Below the pieces are notes generated by a model. That model was not told where the DNA came from. It was given only the letters and a program-made list of their open reading frames with translations, and made no database searches. Position numbers and translations under genes: made by a program. From an uncultured Nitrospirota bacterium (GTDB lineage: Bacteria > CG2-30-53-67): a stretch of DNA of 64,000 bases. This document shows, piece by piece, positions 16,880 to 26,105 of this stretch. The stretch spans positions 9,180-73,179 of the forward strand of contig CAMYMF010000014.1 of assembly GCA_947259355.1 (NCBI GenBank). The letters run 5' to 3'. The number at the start of each line of letters is the position of its first letter. Position 1 is the stretch's first letter.

Positions 16880-18469
16880 TTATTGCGACAAAGCAAAGCC
16901 CGCTTCGATCATCGCAACGAAGGCGTCGGCAATTTGAGGGTCGAATTGACGTCCGGCTTCCTTTGAAATCGACCGGCACCCGTCCGCCCTGGAGACTGGC
17001 TTGCGATAGCTCCTCCCGGAGATTATGGCATCATAGGCATCGCAGACGGCCAGGATGCGGGCCCCGCGGCTTATCTCACGCCCCTTCCTCCCGGTGGGGT
17101 ATCCTTTGCCGTCAAAGCGCTCGTGGTGCTGTAGAATCAGCTGTATTTCGTCGTCCAGGAAATGGAGCTGATCGATCATCTTGACACTGAACTGTGGATG
17201 GAGCTGCATCAGACGAAACTCTCGGGACGTATATTTGCCCTTCTTGTACAGGATCTCGGGGCTGATCCCCGCCTTGCCGATATCGTGGAGCAGTCCCGCA
17301 ATGCGGACCGAGCGGATCTCCGGGGGCTGCAGCCCGAGCTTCTCGGAGAGGGCCATGGCGTATTCGGTCACCTTTGTGGAGTGGTCCGCGGTCTTGGGAT
17401 CCTTGCTCTCGATGCCGTCCACGATACGCTGGCTGTACTCCATGAATTTGGTGATGATTTCGTCGGTGAATCCGAGAAATCGGTTCTGGAAGTCTTCAAT
17501 GATCTGGTGATGCTCCTTGTCAATCAGTCTTTCCACAGATCGCTTTTCGCGCCAGAGGCAGACGTTGTTCTTGCCCCGGCCCTTGGCCTCGTAGAGGGCT
17601 TCATCGGCGTGCCGGATCAGCTCGGCTTTGGTGTGGACCCCGGCCTCTGTGATGGAAGCGACGCCGATGCTGACGGTCATGGAGACGGTGTCGCCGCCGT
17701 TTTCGAAAATGTTTTCCGCAAAAACCTGCCGCACCCGTTCACAGAGGGACAGTACGCCGCGCTCTTTGATATGAGAGCAGGCCACGACAAATTCCTCGCC
17801 ACCGTAGCGTGCGAGGATGTCGGTGTCCCGCATCTGCTGCTGCAGAATCTGAGCACTTCGCTGCAGTACGAAGTCGCCGAAGAGGTGCCCGTGCGTGTCA
17901 TTGACGCCCTTGAAATCATCGAGATCGATCATGATGCAGTAGAGGGGATAGCTGTATCGGCGAGCCTGTTTGAACTCTTTTTTCAGAAGCTGTTGAAAGT
18001 GGATGTGGTTGTAAAGGCCGGTCAGTCCGTCCTGGGTGGCCTGCTCCTGAATCCGCTCGCGCGCAGCACGGTGGCGCGCCTCAGTCCGCTTCTGGTTCAT
18101 GGCATGCCGGATAGCCGAGCGGAGAGTGTCTGCGTTCAGCTCATGCTTGGAGAGATAATCGTAGGCCCCCCGCTTCATGGCCTCCACCGCAGTCCGTTCG
18201 TTGCCCTTGGTGGAAATCATGATAACGGCGGCGTCGATCTTACGCTTGCGGATGTCATCGATGAGGCGCAGGCTGTCGGACTTGGCGGCATGGTGACCCA
18301 CGAGGACCAGGTCTACGGGGTTGCAGCTGAGATGATGCAGCGCCGATCGCCCGTTTTCCACCCGGGTATAGGAGGCGCTGCTGAGGTCCTTCTTCAGGAT
18401 CCCTTCGGCGGTCTTGGTAAAGACGTTGTTTTCGTCCACGCACAGAATAGAGATCCGAGAAGCTGGCAT
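16880..18469 (-). CDS. response regulator with GGDEF and HD-GYP domains
   Basis: REC domain, GGEEF preceded by an RxxD I-site (RDTDILARYGGEEF), HD (LLHDIGK) and HHERFDGKGYP. The ATG at 18469 follows GGGGGA; the ORF is open up to 18526. Confidence 0.9.
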   Translation of the reverse strand: MPASRISILCVDENNVFTKTAEGILKKDLSSASYTRVENGRSALHHLSCNPVDLVLVGHHAAKSDSLRLIDDIRKRKIDAAVIMISTKGNERTAVEAMKRGAYDYLSKHELNADTLRSAIRHAMNQKRTEARHRAARERIQEQATQDGLTGLYNHIHFQQLLKKEFKQARRYSYPLYCIMIDLDDFKGVNDTHGHLFGDFVLQRSAQILQQQMRDTDILARYGGEEFVVACSHIKERGVLSLCERVRQVFAENIFENGGDTVSMTVSIGVASITEAGVHTKAELIRHADEALYEAKGRGKNNVCLWREKRSVERLIDKEHHQIIEDFQNRFLGFTDEIITKFMEYSQRIVDGIESKDPKTADHSTKVTEYAMALSEKLGLQPPEIRSVRIAGLLHDIGKAGISPEILYKKGKYTSREFRLMQLHPQFSVKMIDQLHFLDDEIQLILQHHERFDGKGYPTGRKGREISRGARILAVCDAYDAIISGRSYRKPVSRADGCRSISKEAGRQFDPQIADAFVAMIEAGFALSQ

Positions 18470-18553
18470 GAATCCCCCATGGAACTGGTCGGCCGCACGG
18501 ATCGGGGCAGAAACGACCCACATCATATCAGGGATAATTCTTTAGATCAAGAA

Positions 18554-19465
18554 TTATTCGACGGGTCCGTGGTTTCTTCGCATCCAGCGTCGGTGCATCC
18601 AGAGCCACTGCTCCGGATAGCACCGAATGAAAGACTCCAGCGCCGCCAAGTACTGTCGGGTCACGTTGCGCACATCGGTCTCGCGATCGCCCGTCGACTC
18701 GAACACCATGGGATCGCTGACATGGAGCGTGTGCGTGTTGTCGGGGCCTCGTACCAGGAAGACCGTCATCACAACGGCGCCGCTTGTAATAATGAGTCGC
18801 GCCACGTCCGCATTGGTGGGCGCGGGATGGCCGAGAAAGTCAATCAGCAACCCCTGGCTGCTGCCCCGCTGGTCGCACAGAATGCCCACGATCTCTCCTT
18901 TCTTGAGGGCCGACAGGATCTTGCGCATGGCATGCTGCTTCACGATGACCCGGTTGCCGTGGGCCTCCCGCCGCCCGACGATGTAGCGGTGCAGGAGCCC
19001 CACATTGGCTTCCCGCCCGATGACGTGCGCGGGATAGCCCTTGATGGCAATGCTCTGGGCGAGAAGCTCCCAGTTGCCGAAATGTCCCGTCAGGAGCAGC
19101 ACGCCTCGCCCGGCCCGACGGGCCCGGCCGATCTTGTCCACCTCCTCCGCGTGGACGAGCCCCGGGAGTTTTTCCGGGGTCAGGCGGGGCAGGGCCGCGA
19201 ACTCCAGCAGCGCGCTTCCCAGTTGCCGGCAGGAAGCCTTGAGGATCTGTCGGATCTCGGCCTCCGTTTTCTCTTCGCCGAAAACGAGACGCAGATTGGA
19301 CAAGGCGATTCTCTTGCGCCTTCCATCGACGTAATAATAGAGCGATCCGAGGGTGGCGCCCGCTGCGGTGAGAAGCGGCCGGGGAACGACCGAAAGGGCC
19401 GAGAGCACCCCCACCGCTATGACGGAGAGAATCCATACGAAAAAACCCCGGCCCCGCGCAGCCAT
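18554..19465 (-). CDS. lipid A biosynthesis (LpxL/HtrB-family) acyltransferase
   Basis: Catalytic HFGNWE motif, an N-terminal TM segment, and KRIALSNLRLVF. The ATG at 19465 follows AGGAGG; the longer ORF extending up to 19750 lacks an RBS. Confidence 0.8.
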   Translation of the reverse strand: MAARGRGFFVWILSVIAVGVLSALSVVPRPLLTAAGATLGSLYYYVDGRRKRIALSNLRLVFGEEKTEAEIRQILKASCRQLGSALLEFAALPRLTPEKLPGLVHAEEVDKIGRARRAGRGVLLLTGHFGNWELLAQSIAIKGYPAHVIGREANVGLLHRYIVGRREAHGNRVIVKQHAMRKILSALKKGEIVGILCDQRGSSQGLLIDFLGHPAPTNADVARLIITSGAVVMTVFLVRGPDNTHTLHVSDPMVFESTGDRETDVRNVTRQYLAALESFIRCYPEQWLWMHRRWMRRNHGPVE

Positions 19466-19475
19466 CTCCTGCCTC

Positions 19476-21116
19476 CTATACCTCTCCCCGGACCGACGCG
19501 GGGAGCGCTGGGTGACGGAGCAGCAGATAGGTTTTCCGCTTGAGCCGGAACCGGGCCACTTCCTGAAGGGTATGGCCCACCGTCTGCTCAACGGCCCGGC
19601 GGTCCTCGCTCTCGGCCAGCAGCAGCCCCGAACCTTCCTCCACGTGGGCGGCCAGTTCCCGTTGGCTATGCAACCTGCGGTATGGCCGATGCAGGTAGAA
19701 GGACAGATAGCGGAGATCCGTCTTGTAGCCGGCCAGTCGGCGCGTATCATTCCCCAAGGCCTGAACGGTTTGGGCCATGGGCTTCAGGCTGAGGTGCCCA
19801 TTGCTCCGTGGAATCATCCAGAGGCCGAGGGTAGCCATGAGGGCCACCGAAAGCACCCCGGTGGCCATGACCGTCCGGTGGGCGGGCATGCGACGGACCG
19901 AAAGAAAGACCAGGGCACCCCCGACGGCAAAAACCCCGATCGTCGGGAGCCGATCCGCCAGCGGCAGGGGGCCTCCGATGTCAATGGGCGCAGCCCCCAT
20001 CGCGATGGCCAGGGCCGGACAGCTGAGTGCGAGAAGGGATGCTGCCGTTTTGAAGAGCGTTGAGGCACCGGCGCCGATCGGTCGGCGCGCCAGCAGGGTC
20101 AAGGGCCGTGCGATCAGCAAGGCCAGCGCTGGCGTAACGGGAAGGAGATAGATGGCCATCTTCCCGCTGATGAGGGAAAAGACGATCCCCGGTCCGAGCG
20201 CCCAGCAGAGAAGCAGCATCATGGCGTTGCCATCGCGCGCACACCCGTTGCGCACGCTTCGATCCAGATAGAGCATGAGGTAGAAGGACCAGGGGAAGAA
20301 GAGCACGGGCGAGATGATCAGATAATAGTAGAACGGCTTGGCATGGGAGAAGGAGTCCACCACACGGCCGGCGTTCTGGGTCCAGATGATCTCCTTGAGA
20401 TAAGCCCATCCGCCTTCGAAGGTGGCCGGAAAGAGCCACATCAGGGAGAGCGCAGCTACGATCAGTGTCCCCGTATCCAAACGCAGAGACAAGGCCTTAC
20501 GGGTCCGTCCCGTCAGGGCCAGAAACCCCAGCATGGTCAGCGCCGGTATGAGAAGCCCCACCGGTCCCTTTGTGAGCAGGGCCATGGCGATCAGGACATA
20601 GCCCCACAGCACGTTCATGCCGGCACCCCCCGGGCGGCGGCGGATGGCACGGACGAACCAATAAACGGCGGCCGTTGTGAGCAGTGTCAGCAGCATGTCC
20701 ATCCGGACAACCTGCGCCATCAGGAGAACGATGCTGAACGTCATGAAGACGAAGAATCCGAGCCGCGCCGTCTCGCCGTCGAAAATCTCATGACCGATAC
20801 GGTAGGTCAGCAGCCCGGTCCCAAGGGCCGCCAGCATGGAAGGAAGCAGTGCCGCCAGAGGTGTGGCACCGAGGAGCCCCATGCTGAGCGCCAGCAGCCA
20901 GAAGAACAGGGGCGGCTTGTCTGGATAGACCTCGTAGTTCAGTGTCGGCAGAACCCAACGACCCCTTTCGAGCATTTCCCGGGCCACTTCGGCATAGCGC
21001 AACTCGTCGGGGTAGGTGAGGTCCCGCATCAGTGCGCCGGAAAGAAAGAGGATTACCAGAATGCCTGCGAAGAGGGCTGCTCTGCGGGAGTTACCGAACG
21101 GCATCCATGGCCTCAT
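19476..21116 (-). CDS. GT-C fold glycosyltransferase family 39 (ArnT/PMT-like)
   Basis: 546 aa and polytopic. N-terminal YPDELRYAEVAREM...YPDKPPLFFW is typical of ArnT-type undecaprenyl-phosphate-sugar transferases. Confidence 0.85.
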   Translation of the reverse strand: MRPWMPFGNSRRAALFAGILVILFLSGALMRDLTYPDELRYAEVAREMLERGRWVLPTLNYEVYPDKPPLFFWLLALSMGLLGATPLAALLPSMLAALGTGLLTYRIGHEIFDGETARLGFFVFMTFSIVLLMAQVVRMDMLLTLLTTAAVYWFVRAIRRRPGGAGMNVLWGYVLIAMALLTKGPVGLLIPALTMLGFLALTGRTRKALSLRLDTGTLIVAALSLMWLFPATFEGGWAYLKEIIWTQNAGRVVDSFSHAKPFYYYLIISPVLFFPWSFYLMLYLDRSVRNGCARDGNAMMLLLCWALGPGIVFSLISGKMAIYLLPVTPALALLIARPLTLLARRPIGAGASTLFKTAASLLALSCPALAIAMGAAPIDIGGPLPLADRLPTIGVFAVGGALVFLSVRRMPAHRTVMATGVLSVALMATLGLWMIPRSNGHLSLKPMAQTVQALGNDTRRLAGYKTDLRYLSFYLHRPYRRLHSQRELAAHVEEGSGLLLAESEDRRAVEQTVGHTLQEVARFRLKRKTYLLLRHPALPASVRGEV

Positions 21117-21366
21117 GGGGCTGTCGGTAGATCAGAAAGAGATTGCGCGCGTAGATCAGCGTCCCCATCGATTGCCCGAGAATGAAGACGGGGTCCCGAC
21201 GTTCAATGGCGTAAATCAGCAGCATCAGGCTGCCGCCGATACTCAGGAACCAGAAAGGAACGGGGATGACAGACCTTCTTTCCCGTTCCGACACGACCCA
21301 CTGGAAAAGAAAGCGGAGTCCGAAGAGTATCTGTCCCGACAGACCGAAAAGAATCCAGAATTTCAT
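21091..21366 (-). CDS. small membrane protein with a lipid-A-biosynthesis N-terminal (LAB_N) domain
   Basis: MKFWILFGLSGQILFGLRFLFQWVVSERERRSV...LLIYAI matches the LAB_N pattern. It overlaps the GT39 start by about 26 nt. Confidence 0.75.
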   Translation of the reverse strand: MKFWILFGLSGQILFGLRFLFQWVVSERERRSVIPVPFWFLSIGGSLMLLIYAIERRDPVFILGQSMGTLIYARNLFLIYRQPHEAMDAVR

Positions 21367-21461
21367 GGCCGCACCTCTTGTGTGACTCGCTAAGGGTAAG
21401 ATCCCATCGCCTGGCACTATAGTGTAAACGCGTAATCGATGCAAACAGAAAACCGGTGCAC

Positions 21462-22193
21462 TCAGTCCAACGTTTCTCCGAACTCTTCACGAATTCGGTA
21501 GTGGATTCGGCGCTTCTTCATCCATCGGATGGCTAGAAGGTCGAACAACGATGGGACGAGGCGGTTCCCGATATTGTATTTGGAGGTACCGTGCCGTCGG
21601 CGGGTGTGCCCCACCTGGACCTCCACCACCCGAAACCCCTCCATGCGAAAGAGCGTCGGTAGAAAGCGGTGCATGCCGTTGTAGAGTTTGATGCGCTCCA
21701 GACAGGCCCGTTTGTAAGCCTTCAGGGAGCAGCCTGTGTCCCGGATCTGCTCGTCGTTGACCCGGTTGCGAACGGCATTGGCGACGCGGGAGGAGACTCT
21801 TCGGAGCCATGGATCCTGTCGATTCACACGCCAGCCGCAGGCCATGTCGTACTCGGGGAGTTTCTCTAAGAGCAGCGGGATGTCCGCGGGGCTGTTCTGC
21901 AGATCGGCATCCAGGGTCACAATGACCTCGCCGCGAGCTGCCCGAAACCCCGCAGCCATGGCCGCGCTTTGACCGGCATTGTCTTCAAAACTCAAGACCC
22001 GGATGCGAGGATCCGCCGCATGCGCGTTGCGCAGTGCCTGGAGACTACCGTCACAGCTGCCATCGTCGACCAGGATGATCTCGGAGCGATGATCCAACGT
22101 ATCGAGCGTGGTGGCGAGTTCCCGAATCAGCAACGGGATATTGGCTTCCTCATTGTAAACCGGTACGACCACCGAAAGGGCTGGGGTGTTCAT
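21462..22193 (-). CDS. GT2 polyprenyl-phosphate glycosyltransferase (ArnC/GtrB-like)
   Basis: VVVPVYNEE, LVDDGSCDGS, DADLQ and two C-terminal TM helices. The ATG at 22193 follows AGGAGG. Confidence 0.88.
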   Translation of the reverse strand: MNTPALSVVVPVYNEEANIPLLIRELATTLDTLDHRSEIILVDDGSCDGSLQALRNAHAADPRIRVLSFEDNAGQSAAMAAGFRAARGEVIVTLDADLQNSPADIPLLLEKLPEYDMACGWRVNRQDPWLRRVSSRVANAVRNRVNDEQIRDTGCSLKAYKRACLERIKLYNGMHRFLPTLFRMEGFRVVEVQVGHTRRRHGTSKYNIGNRLVPSLFDLLAIRWMKKRRIHYRIREEFGETLD

Positions 22194-22355
22194 GACGCAA
22201 GCGCCTCCTCCGGATCGGGGTTTGCCCTTCATCTCCCGAAGGCACCCGCCAAGTCCTAAGGCGGGGTATCCCAGGCCGCCGGCAGCGAGGGGCACCACGA
22301 GCTCCCAGGGGGTTGAATCTGGCGCGCAATAGACTTCGGCTCCGGCCGCGCAGGG

Positions 22356-23126
22356 CTATGACTTTCCGCCGGTGCCGGCCTCTTTGAGCTTCTTCTCGAT
22401 GAGTTTTCGAAAGACGCCAAAGGGTTTGGCCCCCTTGAGCAGCGTGCCCTCGATGCGCCCATCTTGACGGCTCACACCGATGAAGAAGCTCGGGGTACTG
22501 TTCACGCCGGCTTGCCTTCCGTCGTGAAGATCCTGCTGCACTTCGGCGGCATTCTTCCCGCTCTCGAGGCAGAAGAGAAAGTCCGGCATGAAGAGGCCGA
22601 TCTTCTCCGCGTAACTCCGGATCGCTGCAGGCTCGAGGTTCTCATGATTTTCAAAGAGGATGTCGTGCATCTCCCAGTACATGCCTTGGTCTCCGGCGCA
22701 CTCCGCAGCTTCCGCGGCCGCGGCGGCGTGCTGGTGAAAGCTCAGCGGGAAGTCACGGAAGACGAATTTCACTTTCCCCGTTTCCACATAGGTTCTGATG
22801 ATTTCAGGAAGTGTATTGGCGGAGAATCGCGCGCAGAAGGGGCACTGGAATTCGGAGAACTCGATGAGAGTCACCGGTGCATTGTCCCGCCCCTTGGCGG
22901 CATCATCGTCAGCGGAGACCCAGGCGGTGGGAGCTGGGGGATTGAGACGCCGGTGGATGGCCTGGGTCGTCTTGCTGAGCTCATCCAGAGAACCCCTGAG
23001 TGTAACGACCTCCTCCCGCAGTTGCTGCACGTCACCGGACAGTGCGCGGGTGTTTTGCTGAAACCAGAAAAAAGTCGCCGCGAAGCCTGCGACCAGAAGA
23101 ACAACGACTGTGACAGCCTGTTTCAT
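22356..23126 (-). CDS. DsbA-family thiol:disulfide oxidoreductase, membrane-anchored
   Basis: CPFC active site (FSEFQCPFCARF), an N-terminal TM segment, and a coiled-coil linker. The ATG at 23126 follows GGGAGG. Confidence 0.85.
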   Translation of the reverse strand: MKQAVTVVVLLVAGFAATFFWFQQNTRALSGDVQQLREEVVTLRGSLDELSKTTQAIHRRLNPPAPTAWVSADDDAAKGRDNAPVTLIEFSEFQCPFCARFSANTLPEIIRTYVETGKVKFVFRDFPLSFHQHAAAAAEAAECAGDQGMYWEMHDILFENHENLEPAAIRSYAEKIGLFMPDFLFCLESGKNAAEVQQDLHDGRQAGVNSTPSFFIGVSRQDGRIEGTLLKGAKPFGVFRKLIEKKLKEAGTGGKS

Positions 23127-23198
23127 CCTCCCTCGCCTCCATAAATGACGGTTTTTTAGCACAAACGGATGCACCGGGCAAGCCTTTTCAGGCAGGCA

Positions 23199-23228
23199 TT
23201 GACAAGGGCAGGCGCGCTTGGATAGAAT
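23199..23228 (+). promoter_or_regulatory. candidate sigma-70 promoter of the GH13 gene
   Basis: TTGACA (23199-23204), 18-nt spacer, TAGAAT (23223-23228). This favours the ATG at 23254 (RBS AGGAGGG) over 23218. Confidence 0.55.
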
Positions 23229-23253
23229 CCGCACGGTCTCAGGAGGGCAGCCC

Positions 23254-24573
23254 ATGCAGTGTCATCACCCTGTCGCGGAGGGAGCTCGCATCTACAATCT
23301 TTTTCCGCTGCTCGCCGGTCCCATGGATCGGTGGCGGATGCACATGGTGCGGGCACGGGACATGGGATTCAACTGGATCTTCATCAACCCCTTTCACTAT
23401 CCGGGCTTCTCCGGAAGTCTTTACGCCATCAAGGATTATTACGCCATCAACCCTCTTTTGCTGAACCCGCAATCTGCCGTGGCCCCACTGGATCAGCTCA
23501 AGCACATGGTGGACGACGCGCGCGCATTGGGTCTGCGCCCGATGATGGATTTGGTGATCAATCACACGGCGGTCGACTCGCCTCTCATCGAGGAACACCC
23601 CGATTGGTATGTGCGAGACGGTCAGGGCAAGCCTGTGAACCCCTCCGTCTGGGAGGGGGACAAATGTGTGGCCGTCTGGGGGGATTTGGCCGAGATCGAC
23701 AACGAGGGCTCTCCCGATCGTGAACGACTCTGGCAGTACTGGATCGATCTTGCGCTCTATCATCGCGACATGGGCTTCGAAGGGTTCCGCTGCGATGCCG
23801 CCTACCAGGTGACCGATTGCCTCTGGCAGACACTGATCGCACAAGTCAAGGGCCGTTATCCGGAGACGCTTTTCTTTGCCGAATCGCTGGGCTGCACCAT
23901 CGAACAGACCATTGCACTCGCTCGGGCAGGATTTGACTACACTTTCAACAGCTCCAAGTATTGGGATTACAAGGAGCCGTGGTGCCTCAAGCAGTATCAT
24001 GAAAACGCGGCCTGGGCCCCGTCGGTGAGTTTCGCCGAATCCCACGACACCGAACGTCTCTGCAAAGAGCTCTCAGGGGATCTCGACCAAGTGCGACAGC
24101 GCTATCTTTTCGCCGCGCTCTTCGCCACCGGTGTGCTCATGCCGATGGGATTTGAATTCGGATTCCAGAAGAAGCTGCACGTCGTCAAGACCCGGCCCTC
24201 CGACTGGGAAGAGACGGATGTCGATCTCACGGCCTTTGTCCGTAACGTCCATGGGGTGAAGAAATCGTGCTCGGTATTCAATGAAGACGGCCCCATCGTC
24301 GTATTGGACGGGGGCGACCCTCACGTTCTCTGCCTGAAAAAGAGCACTTTCGATGGACGGGAATCCGCACTGATTCTGCTCAGCAAGGACCGCCGCACAC
24401 CTCGGTCTATCCGCGCCGCCGGGCTTGCCGTGCACTTCCCGGAACCGGCAGCCCTGGAGGAGGTGCTGCCGCAAAGCACGGGCAAGGCCCTTGCCGAGGA
24501 TATTGCTTTCGAACTCCCGCCCTCGGGTTTCCGCGTGCTAAGCCGGCCCCACCCTATTCAACGACCCGGGTAA
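23254..24573 (+). CDS. alpha-amylase family (GH13) enzyme, GlgE-like catalytic core
   Basis: GH13 conserved regions: DLVINHTA (I), GFRCDAAYQ (II), FFAESLG (III), FAESHDTE (IV). Confidence 0.8.
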   Translation: MQCHHPVAEGARIYNLFPLLAGPMDRWRMHMVRARDMGFNWIFINPFHYPGFSGSLYAIKDYYAINPLLLNPQSAVAPLDQLKHMVDDARALGLRPMMDLVINHTAVDSPLIEEHPDWYVRDGQGKPVNPSVWEGDKCVAVWGDLAEIDNEGSPDRERLWQYWIDLALYHRDMGFEGFRCDAAYQVTDCLWQTLIAQVKGRYPETLFFAESLGCTIEQTIALARAGFDYTFNSSKYWDYKEPWCLKQYHENAAWAPSVSFAESHDTERLCKELSGDLDQVRQRYLFAALFATGVLMPMGFEFGFQKKLHVVKTRPSDWEETDVDLTAFVRNVHGVKKSCSVFNEDGPIVVLDGGDPHVLCLKKSTFDGRESALILLSKDRRTPRSIRAAGLAVHFPEPAALEEVLPQSTGKALAEDIAFELPPSGFRVLSRPHPIQRPG

Positions 24574-25039
24574 TCCGTATCAGTGTGCCCGGTTCTTCCC
24601 GGGGTTCGCTCAGGACAATATTCGTGTCCCGCCCCGCCCAGCGGAGCATGATATTGACCATGCGCCCCGAGGGGAGATCCATTTCATAGACCCGTGGTTT
24701 CGCCGCTTCCAGGTTTTTTCGGTAGAATGCGGCGATATCGGCGATGGAGTCGGTCGAGAAGAAAAGAGACGTGACCAGTCCCTGTTGCGCGGCCAGATCC
24801 TCTGCGCCGGCCGGAGCCGAGCGGCCCGCCTCGGCAGCCGTTGCACCGGGATAGAGGGGCACACCCAACGCTTCCGGCCTCCTCGACCGGGGCCCGTCCC
24901 GCCCGCTCGCCTCTTGTTTGCTGACGACGGTTTTCCCCCTTGCCGGTCTGTCGGCGTTGACGCCGCTGCCCGAATCGGTGCCACAGGCGCCGCCGAGCAG
25001 CCATGCCGTCATGGCTGCCATGAGGATGATCGGCTTCAT
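24554..25039 (-). CDS. hypothetical lipoprotein
   Basis: Signal/lipobox AWLLGGAC. No recognisable domain. The 3' end overlaps the convergent GH13 gene by 20 nt. Confidence 0.5.
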   Translation of the reverse strand: MKPIILMAAMTAWLLGGACGTDSGSGVNADRPARGKTVVSKQEASGRDGPRSRRPEALGVPLYPGATAAEAGRSAPAGAEDLAAQQGLVTSLFFSTDSIADIAAFYRKNLEAAKPRVYEMDLPSGRMVNIMLRWAGRDTNIVLSEPREEPGTLIRITRVVE

Positions 25040-25239
25040 CGGAACGTCCCCCTTTGCGACCAGATGTACACCGCCGGGCTCGCTCTGTCAATGGCGTTTT
25101 CCCTGGGGCCCTTGAGGCGGGGCCAGAAAGCTCCCGGAAATTTAGGATTGGCGAATTACGCGGAATTGGCTGCTTTCGTTTTCTGCGCAGGGATCCGCTG
25201 GGAGCGTGGGAGTTGAAGGGGGTGAACAGCCCCCCTTGA

Positions 25240-25269
25240 TTGACAAATCGAGCTTTTTGATAATATGAT
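25240..25269 (+). promoter_or_regulatory. candidate sigma-70 promoter of the mla-like operon
   Basis: TTGACA (25240-25245), 18-nt spacer, TATGAT (25264-25269). Confidence 0.4.
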
Positions 25270-25310
25270 AACACCCTCGGAGCAGTCCCAAGATCATTTC
25301 AAGGGGCTTC

Positions 25311-26096
25311 ATGATGATGGCACTTGTCGCCGATGCCGTTGCACGGGCATTCCCTTTTGTCCCATCCCTGGGACGGGTGGCCCGCTTTTCTCTCGACGCG
25401 CTCGCCGCAGCGGTCACTCCCAAGTTCTATTGGAAGACGCTGCTGGAGCAGATGGAACGGATGTGTATTCACTGCACCCTGCCGATTCTCTTCGTGCTTG
25501 CGCCCATGGGTGCCGTCATCGCTCTGGAGAGCGTCAAAGTATTCTCCATCTTCGGCGCTGCGAACATGACCAGCAGCCTGCTTGCGGTAGCCATGTTTCG
25601 CGAGATTGCACCGGTCATGGGCGGGATCATGGTGGCCAGTCAGACGGGGGCCGAAATTGCGGCGGAGATCGCCGGGATGCGTGTGCGGGGGCTCATCGAC
25701 GCACTGGAGGTTATGTCGGTCAACCCCCGCAAGGCGGTGATTGCTCCCAGGATTGTGGCGGGTCTTCTGATTACGCCGGTGCTGACGCTGGTGGGAACAT
25801 TCACCGGCATCGCCGGTGGGTACATCATAGCGGTGCTCGTCAAAGGATCCAACGCAGGGGCGTTCATGGGGAACCTCTTCGCTTGGGCCACCATGACCGA
25901 CGTGGTCGGCGGGTTGCTCAAAGCAGCCGTATTCGGGGTGATGGTGATTGTCATCAGTTGTTACCACGGTTTTTACGCGGGACGGGGCGCGGCGGGCGTC
26001 GGCCAGGCCACCAATGATTCCGTGGTCCATTCGGTGGTCTCCATTCTGGTGATCAACTATTTTCTGACGACCGCATTTTTCGGATTCGACATCTGA
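25311..26096 (+). CDS. mlaE: MlaE-family ABC transporter permease (paralog 1)
   Basis: 261 aa and polytopic. REIAPVMGGIMVASQTGAEIAAEIAGMRV...IDALEVMSVNP is the MlaE/YrbE signature region. Confidence 0.85.
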   Translation: MMMALVADAVARAFPFVPSLGRVARFSLDALAAAVTPKFYWKTLLEQMERMCIHCTLPILFVLAPMGAVIALESVKVFSIFGAANMTSSLLAVAMFREIAPVMGGIMVASQTGAEIAAEIAGMRVRGLIDALEVMSVNPRKAVIAPRIVAGLLITPVLTLVGTFTGIAGGYIIAVLVKGSNAGAFMGNLFAWATMTDVVGGLLKAAVFGVMVIVISCYHGFYAGRGAAGVGQATNDSVVHSVVSILVINYFLTTAFFGFDI

Positions 26097-26105
26097 GGTG
26101 GACCG

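Noticed and set aside
17162-19543. 793-aa ORF on the + strand
   Set aside because: It is antisense to the GGDEF/HD-GYP and LpxL-like genes, which have clear motifs. Its translation is low-complexity (Arg/Gly/Leu/His-rich) with no motif and no RBS. This is a typical high-GC antisense artefact.
25319-25335. TGGCAC...GC resembling a sigma-54 -24/-12 promoter
   Set aside because: The GG-to-GC spacing is off by one, and it lies inside the mlaE coding sequence. I found no convincing TGGCAC-N5-TTGC site in the intergenic regions scanned by eye.
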